From assembly GCF_018350175.1 (NCBI RefSeq), contig NC_058368.1, positions 107,634,001 to 107,698,000 on the forward strand: a stretch of DNA of 64,000 nucleotides, written 5' to 3'. Position numbers and translations under genes: made by a program. This stretch comes from Felis catus. Lineage: Eukaryota. Below the pieces are notes generated by a model. The model was given only the letters and a program-made list of their open reading frames with translations, was not told the origin of the DNA and did no database searches. This document shows positions 1 to 11,800 of the stretch, piece by piece. Each line of letters opens with the position of its first letter. Position 1 is the stretch's first letter.

Positions 1-470
1 TTTCCAATTCTTCCATTTTCCCTTAAATTCACTTCAGTCTCAGTTTTCTTGTCCTGACATCATTAACTTCCACATTGCTAAATCCAGTGATTATTTTTGA
101 ATTGTTCTTTGATTTAGTAGCAATATGTAACATAGTTGATTACTCCTCTTTTTTTTTTAAATACTTGTTTAATTTTGAGAGTGACAGAACAGAAGCAGAG
201 GAGGGCCAGAGAGAGAGGGAGACACAGAATCCGAAGCAGGCTCCAGGCTCCGAGCTGTCAGCACAGAGCCCGACACGGGGCTCAAACCCACAAGCTGTGA
301 GATCATGACCTGAGCCATATTCAGACACTTAACCGGCTGAGCCACCCAAGTGCCCCATTCCTTCTCTTCGATACGGTTGTAGACCTGGCTTCTACAAACA
401 CTTGATTTCCCGCCTCTATTTCTACCTGGTCAGCTTTGCTGCTTTTTCCCTTCTGAGTCTTTCAGTCTTG
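1..470 (+). mobile_element. Ancient L2 LINE fragment, interrupted by a SINE
   Basis: 'ccacattgctaaatccagtg...agcaatatgtaacatagttgattactcc' resembles L2 ORF2-region consensus; similarity resumes after the SINE. Confidence 0.6.
149..356 (-). mobile_element. CAN-SINE (SINEC)
   Basis: Reverse complement of tRNA-derived head GGGGCACTTGGGTGGCTCAG, CT-rich body and poly(A). Confidence 0.95.
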
Positions 471-959
471 GGAAGACTCAGTTCTTTGTTCTCCTTGAAA
501 GAGAGGACAGAGTTGTTGCATTGTGAGGACGCTACATCAAAAAACAAAACAAAACAAAACAAAAACAAAAACACTTCTTATCAAATTATTTCTTTAATGC
601 AAACAGTACATAAGAATATAAAGTAAATCCCCAACCCAGACTTTGAGTCCCACACTCCTTAGCCTTTAACTACGTTTTTCATCTTGGATGTTCTCTCTGA
701 AATTTACTATGAATGATGAATACAGTAACAGAGATATCCTTTTAAAATCTTTCAGTAAACCTTTAATATAATAGAACTGCATAGAGTACATTCCTTTGAA
801 TGGGTCCATTACAATTTATGTAACCGTGAATATTTAGGACATTTCCATTTTTATTGCAAACAGTGTTATATGATTAACCTTATAAAGGTAGTTTAGACAT
901 ATGTGTGAAATGCAGTACGCATTTTTATACGTGAAACTCTAGTTTACAGAGCACATCCA

Positions 960-1827
960 CAATAGATCCTCATTATTGACAAATTCTATATTTGTGAATC
1001 TACTTACTTGCTAAAATTTATTTGTAACTTCAAAATCAGTACTTACTATGTTCTTATGGTCATTTATGGACATGTGCAGTGCAGCAAAACATTAGAGTTC
1101 CCTGATGTGTCCTTTCTTAGCTGTGGTTGAAGAAGGTGATGCTCTGCTTTCTTGTTTTAGCTCTTACCCTGGAAACAAGTATCATTTCCAAGGTCTAATT
1201 AGTTCCATATTTTTTTCAGTCTTATGCTCATTGTTGGTGATTTTTGTTGTTTAAAATTGCCCCCTTAGGGGTGCCTGGATGGCTCAGTCAGTTAAACACC
1301 TGACTTTGGCTCAGGTCGTGATCTCACAGCCTATGGGTTTGAGCCCTGTGTCGGGCTCTGTGCTGACATCTCAGAGCCTGGAGCCTGCTTTGGATTCTGT
1401 GTCTCCCTCTCTCTCTGCCCCTCCCCCACTCATACTCTGTCTCTCTCTGTCTCTCAAAAAATAAACATTAAAAAAAAATTTTCAAGCATAATGCTGGAGT
1501 TCTGTCTGGTGTGCCTAAACATAAAAAGTCTGTGCTATGCCTTAGGACAAAAATACATGTGTTCGATAAATATGTTTCATTTGGACATGAGTTATAGTGT
1601 TTTTGACCATGAGTTCAATGTTAATGAATCAGCAGTATATATGTCTTTAAAGAAAAACACACATAAAACAAGATTATTTATTGATTAGATGATGAAAATA
1701 TTGGGACCAGCAGCTCACAGAAACCTAATTTTGTATTTCTCCTAGGAGCTATGATTCATTATTTGCTAATTCAATGTTTACAGAAACTTTATAGATCATA
1801 ACTACCACAAATAATGAGAATTGACTA
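960..1827. mobile_element. TcMar-Tigger non-autonomous DNA transposon (MER82-like), interrupted by a SINE
   Basis: Imperfect terminal inverted repeats caatagatcctcattatt (960) and aataatgagaattgacta (ending 1827); internal sequence matches recalled MER82 consensus. Confidence 0.75.
1268..1478 (+). mobile_element. CAN-SINE (SINEC)
   Basis: GGGGTGCCTGGATGGCTCAG head, gagcctggagcctg core, CT tract, A tail. Confidence 0.95.
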
Positions 1828-1849
1828 TATTTACAGTTTTGATAGTAAC

Positions 1850-2570
1850 AAAGACTATAAGCAATTTACACTCCAAACAAAATATATAAGTAGCTATTTA
1901 TTCACATTTTCACCAACAGTATATTTAAGGAAATTTTTAAATCTTTGTCAGATAGGTTCAAAAGGTATCTTACTGTTATTTTAACTGCATGTTTTCAGTT
2001 CTGTATGTTTGTAATTGTATGTTTGCATGTGCATGCAGGCCATGTGTATGTATATAGAGTCCTTTCATTTCCTTCCTCTGTGGTAACTTGCCCTGTTGGT
2101 GTTTTTCTTACAGATTTCTAAGGGAAGTTTATATATTATAGGAAAATTTTCCTTTTGCTGTCGTGTTGGTTGAAGATAATTTTTTCTTAGTATGTCATGT
2201 GTTTTGGAGCTTTGATTAAGTTTTGTTGTTGTTGTTTTGTTTAACCATTAAAAACTCTAAGTTTTTGCAGAGTAAAATCAGTCAGTCTTTCTTTTCTGGT
2301 GTTTTGATTTGCTTGAAACACCTTTCCTCATGTGAAAATAGATTTCACAATTCTTCTATATTTTCTTTTAGTCCTTTTGGATTCCATGGTTGAATATCAA
2401 AGTGTTTGATTCATCTGTAATTTGCATGGTAGGTCTAGCTTTACTTTCTTCTCTTTTTTTAAATGACAAGCTAGTTGAAACAACCACCAAAAAAAGCAAA
2501 TATGTTTAGCAGTTTGAAATGCCATTTTGATGTCATATTTTCAATTGCCATATATACATAATTCTATATA
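1850..2570 (-). mobile_element. Ancient L1M(E)-type 3' fragment
   Basis: T-rich degenerate antisense L1 ORF2/3' motifs (aatttacactcc..., tttaactgcatgttttc...). Confidence 0.5.
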
Positions 2571-2970
2571 TTTCCAATTTTGTAAGTATATTTGTATTGA
2601 AAAGAAGAAACCAAGAGAAAAATACATTAACGTATTTATGCTAAATAAAGTAGAACCTAAATAGTGAGTCTAATTGGTCTGGCCTCTGTTGTTTTCCAAA
2701 TCTTTTAATCTATTATTTCTCTGGAAGACTGAAACCAATACAAAATTAGTGTCAGATGATGCTTACATCCTTGGGGTTTTGTTGGTTGAAAGTAAAGCAT
2801 AACTGTCTTAAATGTGCTAATATAAATTTGGTGGATTCTCTATTTTGTGTTACTTTTAACAGTGTGTGGTGAAATAGTTTAGCACTACCATCCTAATGTA
2901 ACATTCAAGTCAGTTAAAATTCATTCACTTTCCCTAGTTAAATATCACATTGTTTGAAAATGTGAGTGTA

Positions 2971-3190
2971 GGGGTGCCTGGGTAGCTGAGTCGGTTTGGC
3001 ATCTGACTTCGGCTCAGGTCATGATATCACGGTTTGTGAGTCTGACCCCCGCGTCAGGCTCTGTCCTGACAGCTCAGAGCCTGGAGCCTGCTTTGGATTC
3101 TTTGTCTCCCTCTGTCTGCTGCTCCCCGCTTCGTGCTGTCTCTGTCTCTCTCTCAAAAATAAGCATTAAAAAAATTAATTAAAAAAAGAA
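2971..3190 (+). mobile_element. CAN-SINE (SINEC)
   Basis: Canonical head, core, CT tract and A tail. Confidence 0.95.
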
Positions 3191-3847
3191 TAAGAAAATA
3201 TTAGTTTATTACTCAAAAATCCAACATAACCTATAAGGCAAATAATAGCCTACTAAATATAACAGATCCACACATCCCTATAATTCTACAAATTAATGAT
3301 TTCATATATGGAGATAACCCCTACCATGGTCAAGAAATCCAAATTAGTTATTTCTTCCTGCCTTTTCTAAAACTGAATCCTTGGGGAGGTGACAGAGATT
3401 AGTGATTTTGAGGACTAATAGTGCTGATCCCACTGATAGCCCTCCAATTTAAAAAATAATTTACTTTCTCTGTACCAATAAATGTTCTCAGGTCCTTAAA
3501 TAGCTATGCATCATCATTCTTGGGGGACATGAGAGTTACCCTCCCTACTCCCCAAACCCTGGAATCAAACCACTAAGGAAATAGTAACAGAAGTAAGATC
3601 TTATAGAGGGTTTTACAGAGAAGCTTAGCTTCCCTAGAATTGAGGTTAGCAATATTCTAACTCATTTCTGCTGAGCACATACAGTTTTTAAGGTAACTCA
3701 AATTTTCCTTCTACCTTCTGATCTCTGTTTTTACCAGAAAATAAAACAGGACCAAAAGCCTTTCATCAGCCCAAGCGGTCCCTCTGATAATTAACTGGAT
3801 CTCTTTTCACACACCAAACAATCTTCTTCCAAGGAGAGACTAAATAG

Positions 3848-4130
3848 TGTTTCAGTTATCTCCTGATATATAACAAACCAACCCAAAATCTTGTGCTTTA
3901 AAATGGTTTATTATTTTGTGGTCCTCCCCCATGATTGTGCTGGATAGTGTACAATTGACATTCTGCACAGTTTTGACTTGCAGTCTTTTTGGAGGCCACA
4001 TTCAGGTACTGAATCAGTCAAGTTATCTGAAGGTTCTGCTGGACTAGGCATTCAAGATGGCTTCTTCCCTCACATGCCCAGAACCTCCTCAGGAATTGTC
4101 TGGGACAGCTGGGCACTGGCCACGCAGATC
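3848..4130. mobile_element. MaLR LTR fragment (MLT1-like)
   Basis: tgtttcagttatct...taacaaaccaacccaaaa...ttcaagatggcttc motifs typical of MLT1. Confidence 0.6.
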
Positions 4131-4472
4131 TCTGGCTGAACAAAATCATGAAACCAGGAAAGATGGTTTAATCCATCTTTAGGAAATTTCTTCTTGTCTG
4201 TGATTTCAACCCTACTCCTCCCATTCCTCAGTTTTATGCATCGAAAAGCCAAAGCCGACTTGAAGTCTAGGATGTATTTTAAATAGATTGGAAGAAGCAG
4301 TCTAGAAATGCAATGCACAATGTCTTTTCTTGTGGTTTTGAATTTTTGCAAACTCAAGCCTTTAGCACAGTGTTTTCCAGCATTTAGAGGTTTGTATTTT
4401 TGTTTCATGAAGAATTAATGAAATTATATCAAGGGCTCCAGATTGGCCTACTCTTTAAAAATGTTTCTAAAA

Positions 4473-4685
4473 GGGGCACCTGGGTGGCTTGGTGGGTTAA
4501 GTGTCTGACTTCGGCTCAGGTCATGATCTAGCAATTCGTGAGTTTGAGCCCCACCTTGGGCTTGGTGCTGACAGCTTGGAGCCTGGAGCCTGCTTCTGGA
4601 TTCTGTGTCTCCCTCTCTCTCTGCCCATGCTCTGTCTCTCTCTCTGTCTCTCAAAAATAAATAAATGTTAAAAAAAATTTTTTTT
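4473..4685 (+). mobile_element. CAN-SINE (SINEC)
   Basis: Canonical structure; TSD aatgtttctaaaa / aatgttcctaaaa. Confidence 0.95.
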
Positions 4686-5490
4686 AATGTTCCTAAAAAT
4701 GAAAATCATGTGTTAACTTTTCCTTTGGTATACTGGTAGGAATTAGATTGTAGCTGTATTAAACTTAACTTTTTCATTTTTGGTTTTTCTTAACTGTCTC
4801 AATTTTTGCCAGCAAGGAACAATATGTGTATAAATTATGTTTTCTCTAGATATTGAAATCTAGGTTATTTCTCTTCTTTGAGACTCATTTGTTTTTGAAA
4901 TATTACTAAAAAGCACCCCATGATTTTCTCTGTAAGTTTTCTTCACAACACAAAGATCACTGCTTTATGGAAGGACTTTAAAAGATAGATATGTGTGTCA
5001 TCACTGATTTAGAATTATCTGGCCAGAAAAATTTTTGTATGAGTGAGGCTGCATGTTTTACCTTTGCACTGATCATGTCTCCCTTGCTGCCATTTGGTTT
5101 GATATGATATCCAACATATCAACACCTGAAAGTTTAAGGCACCTTACTAGAAAGAAAAATGGTAGTCTATCTGCATCTACAGACTTTGTCAGATGAGGGA
5201 GTATAAAGGATAAGAAATGTTTACTGAAGAAAGAATGAAAAATTCCAGCGGCTTATTTCCAAATTAGGCTCTATTAATCAATTTCCTTTTCTAGTTCATC
5301 TGTGAGTTTTTCCTAGATTTGAGCACTTTGGCTAAAAGTTTAAAAAGAACAAATTTTTTAGAGTTTCATGTTGTGTCAGACTTGCTAGCTGTTATATTCT
5401 GTGGCCAACACTTCCTTGGCCACTGTGTCAATGTGAGCATGATTTGAGTTAGGTAAAATACGATTTTTATAAAAGCAGTCTCTCAGTCAT

Positions 5491-5650
5491 GAGACAGTGA
5501 CAGCATAGCAATGACTTTGAACAGAGTATCCAGACACAGCTGGATGCTCTATGACTCCTTCACTTAGTAACCATCCGACTTTGAGCTTGTTACTTAATCT
5601 CTCTAGACCTCAATTTTCTCATCTGAGAAATGTGAATAATAAGAATTTTT
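5491..5650 (+). mobile_element. MIR 5' part (3' remainder at ~6141-6205)
   Basis: MIR core gttacttaatctctctagacctcaattttctcatctgagaaatg. Confidence 0.7.
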
Positions 5651-5671
5651 ATGCATATTAAATGAAACATG

Positions 5672-6140
5672 CATGCAGAATCTTCCTTTGCCCCTCCAGC
5701 TTCACTCTCCACCCTTCTTCTCCCTGCTGTCTTTTCCACGAGGCTGATTTGCACAGACCACAGGAGGTTCCCGTGTCTCTTGCCCCATTGGTTTGGCCAA
5801 AAAGGAACCCAGACAGAAGAGCAGAGAAAAGGCTGGGAGTGAGGTTGGGCATTTATTCTGAACCTTGCCCTACATTAATGCCTTAGGTTTTATCTATTTC
5901 TCTCCAGAAACGTACTACAAAACTCTCCTTCTGTGCTCAGGGAAATTACTCCCCCTATCTCTTTCCTTCAGACCTAAGGATGGGTAAGAGCTGGGCTGTT
6001 ACCAGCCCCAGGCTACCAGCCCCAGCACTATCCTACACCCTCTCACATCTTTGCAAATTAAACTATATTAAACTCTTTATTGAACTCCTCTAGGACAGTC
6101 CTAATTTGACTGTGCCTTGTATTCTGAGATACTGATTGAT
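5672..6140. mobile_element. ERVL solo LTR (LTR16-like) inserted into MIR
   Basis: Recalled LTR16 motifs (ctttgcccctccag, ttggtttggccaa, terminal tgtgcc...ctgattgata); splits the MIR. Confidence 0.6.
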
Positions 6141-6399
6141 ATTGGGTGTGTTTAACATAGTGTCTTAGACATAGCAAAATGTTCAACAAAGTGGTATTTA
6201 TCATTGAAAAGACTTGAAAGCATGTAGATCAATGTCATAATATATACACAACCAATATGTTAAACAAGTGGGGTTCTTGGATTGTGGTAAAATAAAAACA
6301 CAGCTTTCTTTTTATTTACTACTTTGTGTTTAAACTTTGTTCAGTGGAACCATCTTTCTCTGTCCCTAGAGGAAAACTTCAGCAGTCCCATGATTTCTC

Positions 6400-7345
6400 T
6401 ACTCACTCTTAAGTGGCAATCCTACAAACACTTCAGGTCACAGATTCACTCACAATTCAGTAATGAGAATACGTTGACATTGGAACAATAACGATCTGAA
6501 CTTGAGTCAACCTTTCTGTTTCCCAAGTTGTACCTGCTCCATACAGGGTGAGGTACTGGCTTCTGCTGTCTCACCTCCTCCCTATTTTACTAACTACTGC
6601 TTTTGGGAGTTGCTAGAATGTTAAGGATGAGAGAGAGACGAGGGGTAAGAGAGAGCTTGCCTATGGGGCTTTATTGTCTCTGGATATAATAGGTGGTAAA
6701 AGCTGATGCCCCATGGTGGGCCTGAATATGGATGAAGCTGATTCTTCTCCCGTGGATTCTTTTTTGAGTTCATAAGAGGTTTGCTGTTGGGCCTTACCTG
6801 TGGCAGTTCTCTTGGCCAGATGGATTGTTTCCAGGGCATCCATCACACATCTCCTCCTGCTCTAGCCTCCTCCAGGTGACCCTACTGGCTGGGAGGAGGG
6901 ATGATCCCTCTCCTGTGTTCTCTCCTTCCTCACATACACATGATATGAAACATGAAGGCATCCCTCCAACCAGTCCCAATGCAGCAGCCCTCTCTTGGTT
7001 TCCTCATCCAAGGACTTAGTCAGCTTAAGGACATGTAGGCAGCATGTAGGGTGGCTGCTAAGCCTGATAGATCTCTCAGGCACTAGTTTTCTGTGTCTTC
7101 AGAACCCAAGAGCACATACCACAGTTCTTGCAGAGGTGCCCCCTGGCTCCCCCCCACAAGCTCTGGGATAGAACGCTGCCCACCCCAACCCATCATCGAA
7201 GAGTTGGGGGTGAGGAGAGTCCTCTCCAAAGAAACACTGTCACCATATCCTCAAAGCTACCAGCTTCTCTGGTCCCTTTTGTATCTGTGAGCTTCAAGAG
7301 TCAGGAATAGATTCTGGAAAGGTTCTTCCTTGGTCAAGCCACACA
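6400..7345 (-). mobile_element. Probable ancient LTR (MamGypLTR/LTR85-like)
   Basis: GC-richer block with minus-strand AATAAA near 6670 and motifs resembling recalled MamGypLTR consensus; ends uncertain. Confidence 0.35.
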
Positions 7346-7404
7346 AGATCGTTATTTGCTATATGATATCTATCATATCAACCTCAGTATAGAAACATAT
7401 TTTA

Positions 7405-7534
7405 GGGGCATCTGGTGCCTCAGTTAAGCATTCAACTCTTGACTTTGTCTCAGGTCATGATCTCACGATTCATGAAATTGAGCCCCATGGTGGGCTCTGT
7501 CTCCCTCTCACTCTGCCCCTCTCCCCCACTTATG

Positions 7535-7594
<60 letters not shown>

Positions 7595-7632
7595 TTCTCT
7601 CTCTCCTCAAAATAAATAAACATTTTAAAAAA
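7405..7632 (+). mobile_element. CAN-SINE with internal deletion and expanded (CT)n
   Basis: Head, CT tract and tail present; central gctgacagctcagagcctggagcc segment missing. Confidence 0.9.
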
Positions 7633-8616
7633 GGAAACCATTACTTTAATATACTACTCAAAGTTTCTTTTAGTATTGTTTTTTTTTTCTATTTTTAGAA
7701 CAAAAGTTTAGTAATTGGGACCTGGCTAAGAGAAAAGAATTTTCTAATTGGTAGTTTGATGATATGTGTATTATTTTTCTTCTGCCTGTGTTTGAGTCTT
7801 TTTCTATGAGTTCTAACTATGGATAGGCTAGGATGAGGACAAAATTGGAAGTGTTTATGCTACAGATATCTAGAGTGATAATTGTCATCTAGTGCTGGAT
7901 GCTGTGGGTGAGTCAAAGCCAAAAGGAGGCATTCTGCACTTTGGAATTTATAACGCAAAGGGAGAGATGATACATGAAATAGAAAGGAACCAGTGTCGTG
8001 AAAAGTCACATAAATTGCTATGGGAACTCAGAGGGAAAAAAAAGGGCTCACTCAGTCTGGGGGGTGTTGGGCCAGAGCACACTTATGTTGTACAAGTCTC
8101 TAGATCACACACAGAAGGTAAAAGGCAGTAGAGAGGTCCTTGATGCAAAACCAGGTTCTTTTTGTGGGATCAGTGCTTACCTCAGCTGATAAAAGAGCCT
8201 CTCCTTAAACCCTTTCAAGCCAGCAAGCATTATCTCTGAATTTTTTTTTTTTTTTCTGCTGTTGCTGAACAGGGATGGGCCTTTCCTGATAGCGGGGTAT
8301 GGCATGCAACCGTTTCACATAATGGGCTGATACAGAGCTGAGCTTCGACCACAGTCCCGATGATTGCCAAGTCTGCCATCCTCAGCTGTCAGTAGTAGCA
8401 GTAGAGTTGTTAGAGGGGGTGGGGGAATAAGAGACGGGGGAAAGCAGCTCAGAACTCTTGCCGTCCTTTGAAGCTGATGGTCAAATGTTCCAGGAAAGTG
8501 AGTGCTTTTCGAGAGAAATTGAAGGCTGCATAAATGAAAAATTAAAGTGAGAAGGTCTGATCCATCTCTGTCTTATAAGGATAGGGTGTCTTTTTTAAAA
8601 AAAAGTTATGATGTTA

Positions 8617-8816
8617 GGGCACCTGGGTGGCTCAGTGAGTGAAGCGTCTGACTCTTGATCTCGGCTCAGATCATGACCTCGTGGTTCAGGAGTTTGAGCC
8701 CCACCTCAGGCTCGTCACTGACAGGGCAGAGCCTGGTTGGGATTCTGTCTCTCCCTCTCTCTGCCCCTCCCCTGCACGTGCTCTCTCTCTGTCTTTCTCA
8801 AGATATAAATAAACTT
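8617..8816 (+). mobile_element. CAN-SINE (older subfamily)
   Basis: Canonical structure; TSD aaagttatgatgtta / aaagctgtgatgtca. Confidence 0.93.
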
Positions 8817-8975
8817 AAAGCTGTGATGTCAATTTTCTAACATACGCAAAGTGAGCAGACTCGTGAATCTCCATGTAGCCGTCACTGTGAGAAGAGGACT
8901 CCATAACAGTTGAAGTAACTAGTCTGTGTCCTACCTTTTTGCTCTGCAAAAAATACATTTTTAAAAAAACTTAAT

Positions 8976-9195
8976 GAGCGCTTCGGTGGCTTAGTCAGTT
9001 AAGCATCTGACTTCGGCTCAGGTCATGATCTTGCGGTCCATGAGTTCAAGCCCTGAGTTGGTTACTTTGCTAACAGCTCAACACCTGGAACCTGTTTCGG
9101 ATTCTGTGTCTCCCTCTTTCTCTGCAGTGACCCTGCTTGCACTGTCTCTCTTTCTGTCTCTCAAAAATAAATAAACATTTAAAAAATTGAAAACT
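8976..9195 (+). mobile_element. CAN-SINE (SINEC)
   Basis: Canonical structure, diverged head. Confidence 0.92.
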
Positions 9196-9207
9196 AAAAA
9201 ACTTTAT

Positions 9208-9285
9208 AATACTGAATCGCTGTATTGTACACCAGAAACTAGTATAACACTGTATGTTAACTATCCTGGAATTAAAACTTAAACA
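9208..9285 (+). mobile_element. Very short 5'-truncated carnivore L1 3' end
   Basis: tgaatcgctgtattgtacaccagaaactagtataacactgtatgttaactat matches L1 3' termini elsewhere in the window (e.g. ~45500-45550). Confidence 0.8.
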
Positions 9286-9888
9286 CAAAGCTTAATGACA
9301 TTGAAATGGAAATGTACTATTTAGTTTTCTGGCAAAATGCCCATTCTAATTTCAAATAATAATTTATGATATAATCACTTGTGCATAATTTCTTTTGATA
9401 TTCAGTAGGAAGGGATGATGTCTGATAAATCTGAGTGAATGACTAATTTTATTCTTCCAATTATATAACATTTTAAGCATATGAATTAAATATATATCAT
9501 TCTCAATTTTTACAGCACTTTTGTTGAATTGTCATTAGACCACAGGCCTAATTTCCTCAAAGGACAAACCAATGATGTGCTCAGGCTTTCTATTTTACCA
9601 CCATCTAATATCTTTCCTTAATTATTCAGCAGTCAGTCACCCAAACTCCCTTATTCTTCTCTCCTCTTGCTTCCTTCTGGGCTTTTTAATTTCACAGTCA
9701 CTCATTCATTAAGGAAGAACTTTGTCAAGATGAGGAATTTAATTCAAAACAATCTGTTTCCCCGCTGTACCATTCCTGGAAAAATATCTGGATAAGCAAG
9801 TAATGAAATCTCCAAAAGACACTAATTTTTTGCAGTTTTACCTCTTTCCAAAGTGGGAATTTGGAGTTGTCTGTGAAAATTTATCTCT

Positions 9889-10240
9889 GTTACCGGGGAT
9901 GATCCATAGCGCATTGTTATATGCAAACCCAGGCATTCAGAAGACCAAGGCAAGGGGACTCTCGGGATTAGTCCACGTACAACAGGACCCAGTAGACAGG
10001 AGAATGAGCATGGAAGGAGCGTTCGCCCTGGTCAGCCACCCTTAGGTAAGGGCCAAAGGTTTAAGCAGGGAAGTCAAGACTAAAGAGTGGTCAAACATTC
10101 TGGGTCAGCAATGCACAAGAGACCATGACAGTGGACTCAGTTGTCAAGACTGGAAACTAAGTCTGCAGCAAGGCAGGGATTTCTGGTTCTCTTAAAGGAA
10201 TTTTAGGCAACATTAATATGATTAAACACAACTTGGACCT
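9889..10240 (-). mobile_element. Possible ancient Gypsy-type LTR fragment
   Basis: Minus strand ends ...GGTAACA; pyrimidine-rich gac/ctg motif texture recalled for Gypsy LTRs. Confidence 0.3.
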
Positions 10241-10326
10241 AGTTTGGGTTGCTTTAAAAACCTCTCGATTTCTCTTATCAGCAAGAAACACACACACGTA
10301 TGTATGTTATACATATATACCACTGT

Positions 10327-10329
<3 letters not shown>

Positions 10330-10376
<47 letters not shown>
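10330..10376. repeat. (CA)n microsatellite
   Basis: Directly visible. Confidence 0.99.
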
Positions 10377-10380
<4 letters not shown>

Positions 10381-10409
10381 TATATGTATATGTATAAAAT
10401 TTGTAGTTC

Positions 10410-10650
10410 ACCTGACCATGATGGTTCACCAGACCAAGTGTCTGAAAAGAAGTCTATTAGTGGAGTAGTCATTTGATCCCAGAGTCTTTTAGTAATGAGA
10501 TTGTACTTGGATAGGTCTCTCTGTAGGATAATGCCATTCAGATCCTTGTTGTTAAAATATAAACAACTGCAAGAAAAACAAGGACTGCCAACAGCAATTA
10601 TGTATTCCCAGGAGTGCCATCTTTCTAATTATTTCGTCCTTTCGGAGTTA
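10410..10650 (-). mobile_element. Decayed Ty3/Gypsy reverse transcriptase N-terminal fragment
   Basis: Minus frame reads WEYIIAVGSPCFSCSCLYFNNKDLNGII...RLWDQMTTPLIDFFSDTW, in register with Gypsy RT [25 protein letters not shown]...RLGGAKYFSTLDLKSGYW (2-aa offset in the second block). Confidence 0.65.
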
Positions 10651-10739
10651 GAGAAAGAGACAGTGAGAGAGAGAGAGAGAATCCCTTTTACTAACAGCTC
10701 CATGAACACTGTCAGAGTCTTCTGAGAGCCCAGAGAAAT

Positions 10740-11010
10740 TCACGTGTTCACACAAGAGTTTGTCATAGGAATCAGAGGAACACATTTACCACTATGTGGT
10801 TCCTAAAGACTGGACACATTCTCCTTAGGTAGCAATAAAACTGTCCAGAAGTTGGGGCCATCCTAGAGAAGTCTTCCTTCTTTTGGTCTCTGGAAATGAA
10901 TACGAGAATAATTCTGCTATTACGGTCAACTGAAGTCAACTTTTTAAAATCATTTTATTATCTCTGAGTTTTCAGAATGGTACAGTCTAAAGACTCAAAT
11001 GTAAATCCTT
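10740..11010 (-). mobile_element. Decayed Gypsy aspartic protease remnant
   Basis: Minus-strand fragments TFESLDCTIL, SFPE and EPHSGKCVPLIPMTNSCV resemble, in order, TIEGVECTALLDTG, EFPE and VPLIIGTN motifs; catalytic DTG lost. Confidence 0.5.
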
Positions 11011-11199
11011 GATTTCTCTACTGGAGAGTTGTTTGACTGGCTTTTAAAATGGCTGTATCCTGCCTGATATAATCTCTTTCCAAGAAGTTTACAGATTTGG
11101 GGGATAAGTCAGAATCTTTTTTCTCCTTTTCAAGTTTCAGTTTCTTGAATGCGTAATAGTTTTAGGACCTGAAAATAAACAACAAGGTCTTCTCTTTCC

Positions 11200-11800
11200 T
11201 AAAGCAGTTTTTGTTATGGAAGACATTTTTTCCTGCAATGTTTTATAAATGTGGGCTTGGGAGAGAGAAAAAGCAGGCACAGAAGGAAAATCATATAAAT
11301 AATTGTTCAGAATGTGTCATGTATCATTATTTTCAAATGCAGTCCCTGTTTTTGGAGTCATTCTCTTCTTTCACTGATTCCTAGAAAAATAGGGAAAGAA
11401 GGGTGAGCCTGCTTGCAGAGTTTTAAATGGAACTTCTTATTTCACTTTACCTGTCTGTCGGAGACCACACCCCAAATTTCTTGGACTAGAGGATGGTATT
11501 TGAACTGTTATCCCTGGTCCAAGATGTGCTTCACTGTTGCTGTTGGAAAGATAAATGATTCCTACATTTTTCATACCTGGACGACACAGGGGAGGTTCAC
11601 TGCATCGTACCGATCATCAAACCCACAGAGCATCAGACCTCCTTTGCTAAAATGATTCAATACTGGAGCAGCAGAAGACTTAATTTTATGTGCAGAGGCA
11701 CTCATGTCCAGAGAAGGGCGTGGTGTGGTTATCACAGAGGTCCGTGGCTGCTTAGCGGTGCAGCCACGGTGGCTGCCACTGCCACCCATGGTTCCTAACC
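11200..11800 (-). mobile_element. Decayed Gypsy gag (PNMA-type capsid plus degenerate zinc knuckle)
   Basis: The frame of ORF 11571-11825, read through stops, gives FDDRYDAVNL...KM*ESFIFPTATVKHIL...YHPLVQEIWGVVSD, matching YDTWRSHVEL...RILESLLPPAADVIKHLG...YLQLLDSAYGTVED-type Gypsy gag and PNMA1 ESLRGPAADVIRIL. Confidence 0.7.

Noticed and set aside
75..328. Recurrent 60-80 aa ORFs of the type MAQSVK...EPASDSVSPSLSAPP throughout the window as a peptide family
   Set aside because: All are translations of CAN-SINE copies
4070..4408. 112-aa minus-strand ORF
   Set aside because: Runs into an MLT1 LTR fragment, no recognisable domain, and length is compatible with chance
11451..11576. Minus-strand donor/acceptor pairs suggesting two exons
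   Set aside because: The implied intron is only ~36 nt and the sequence is better explained as Gypsy gag
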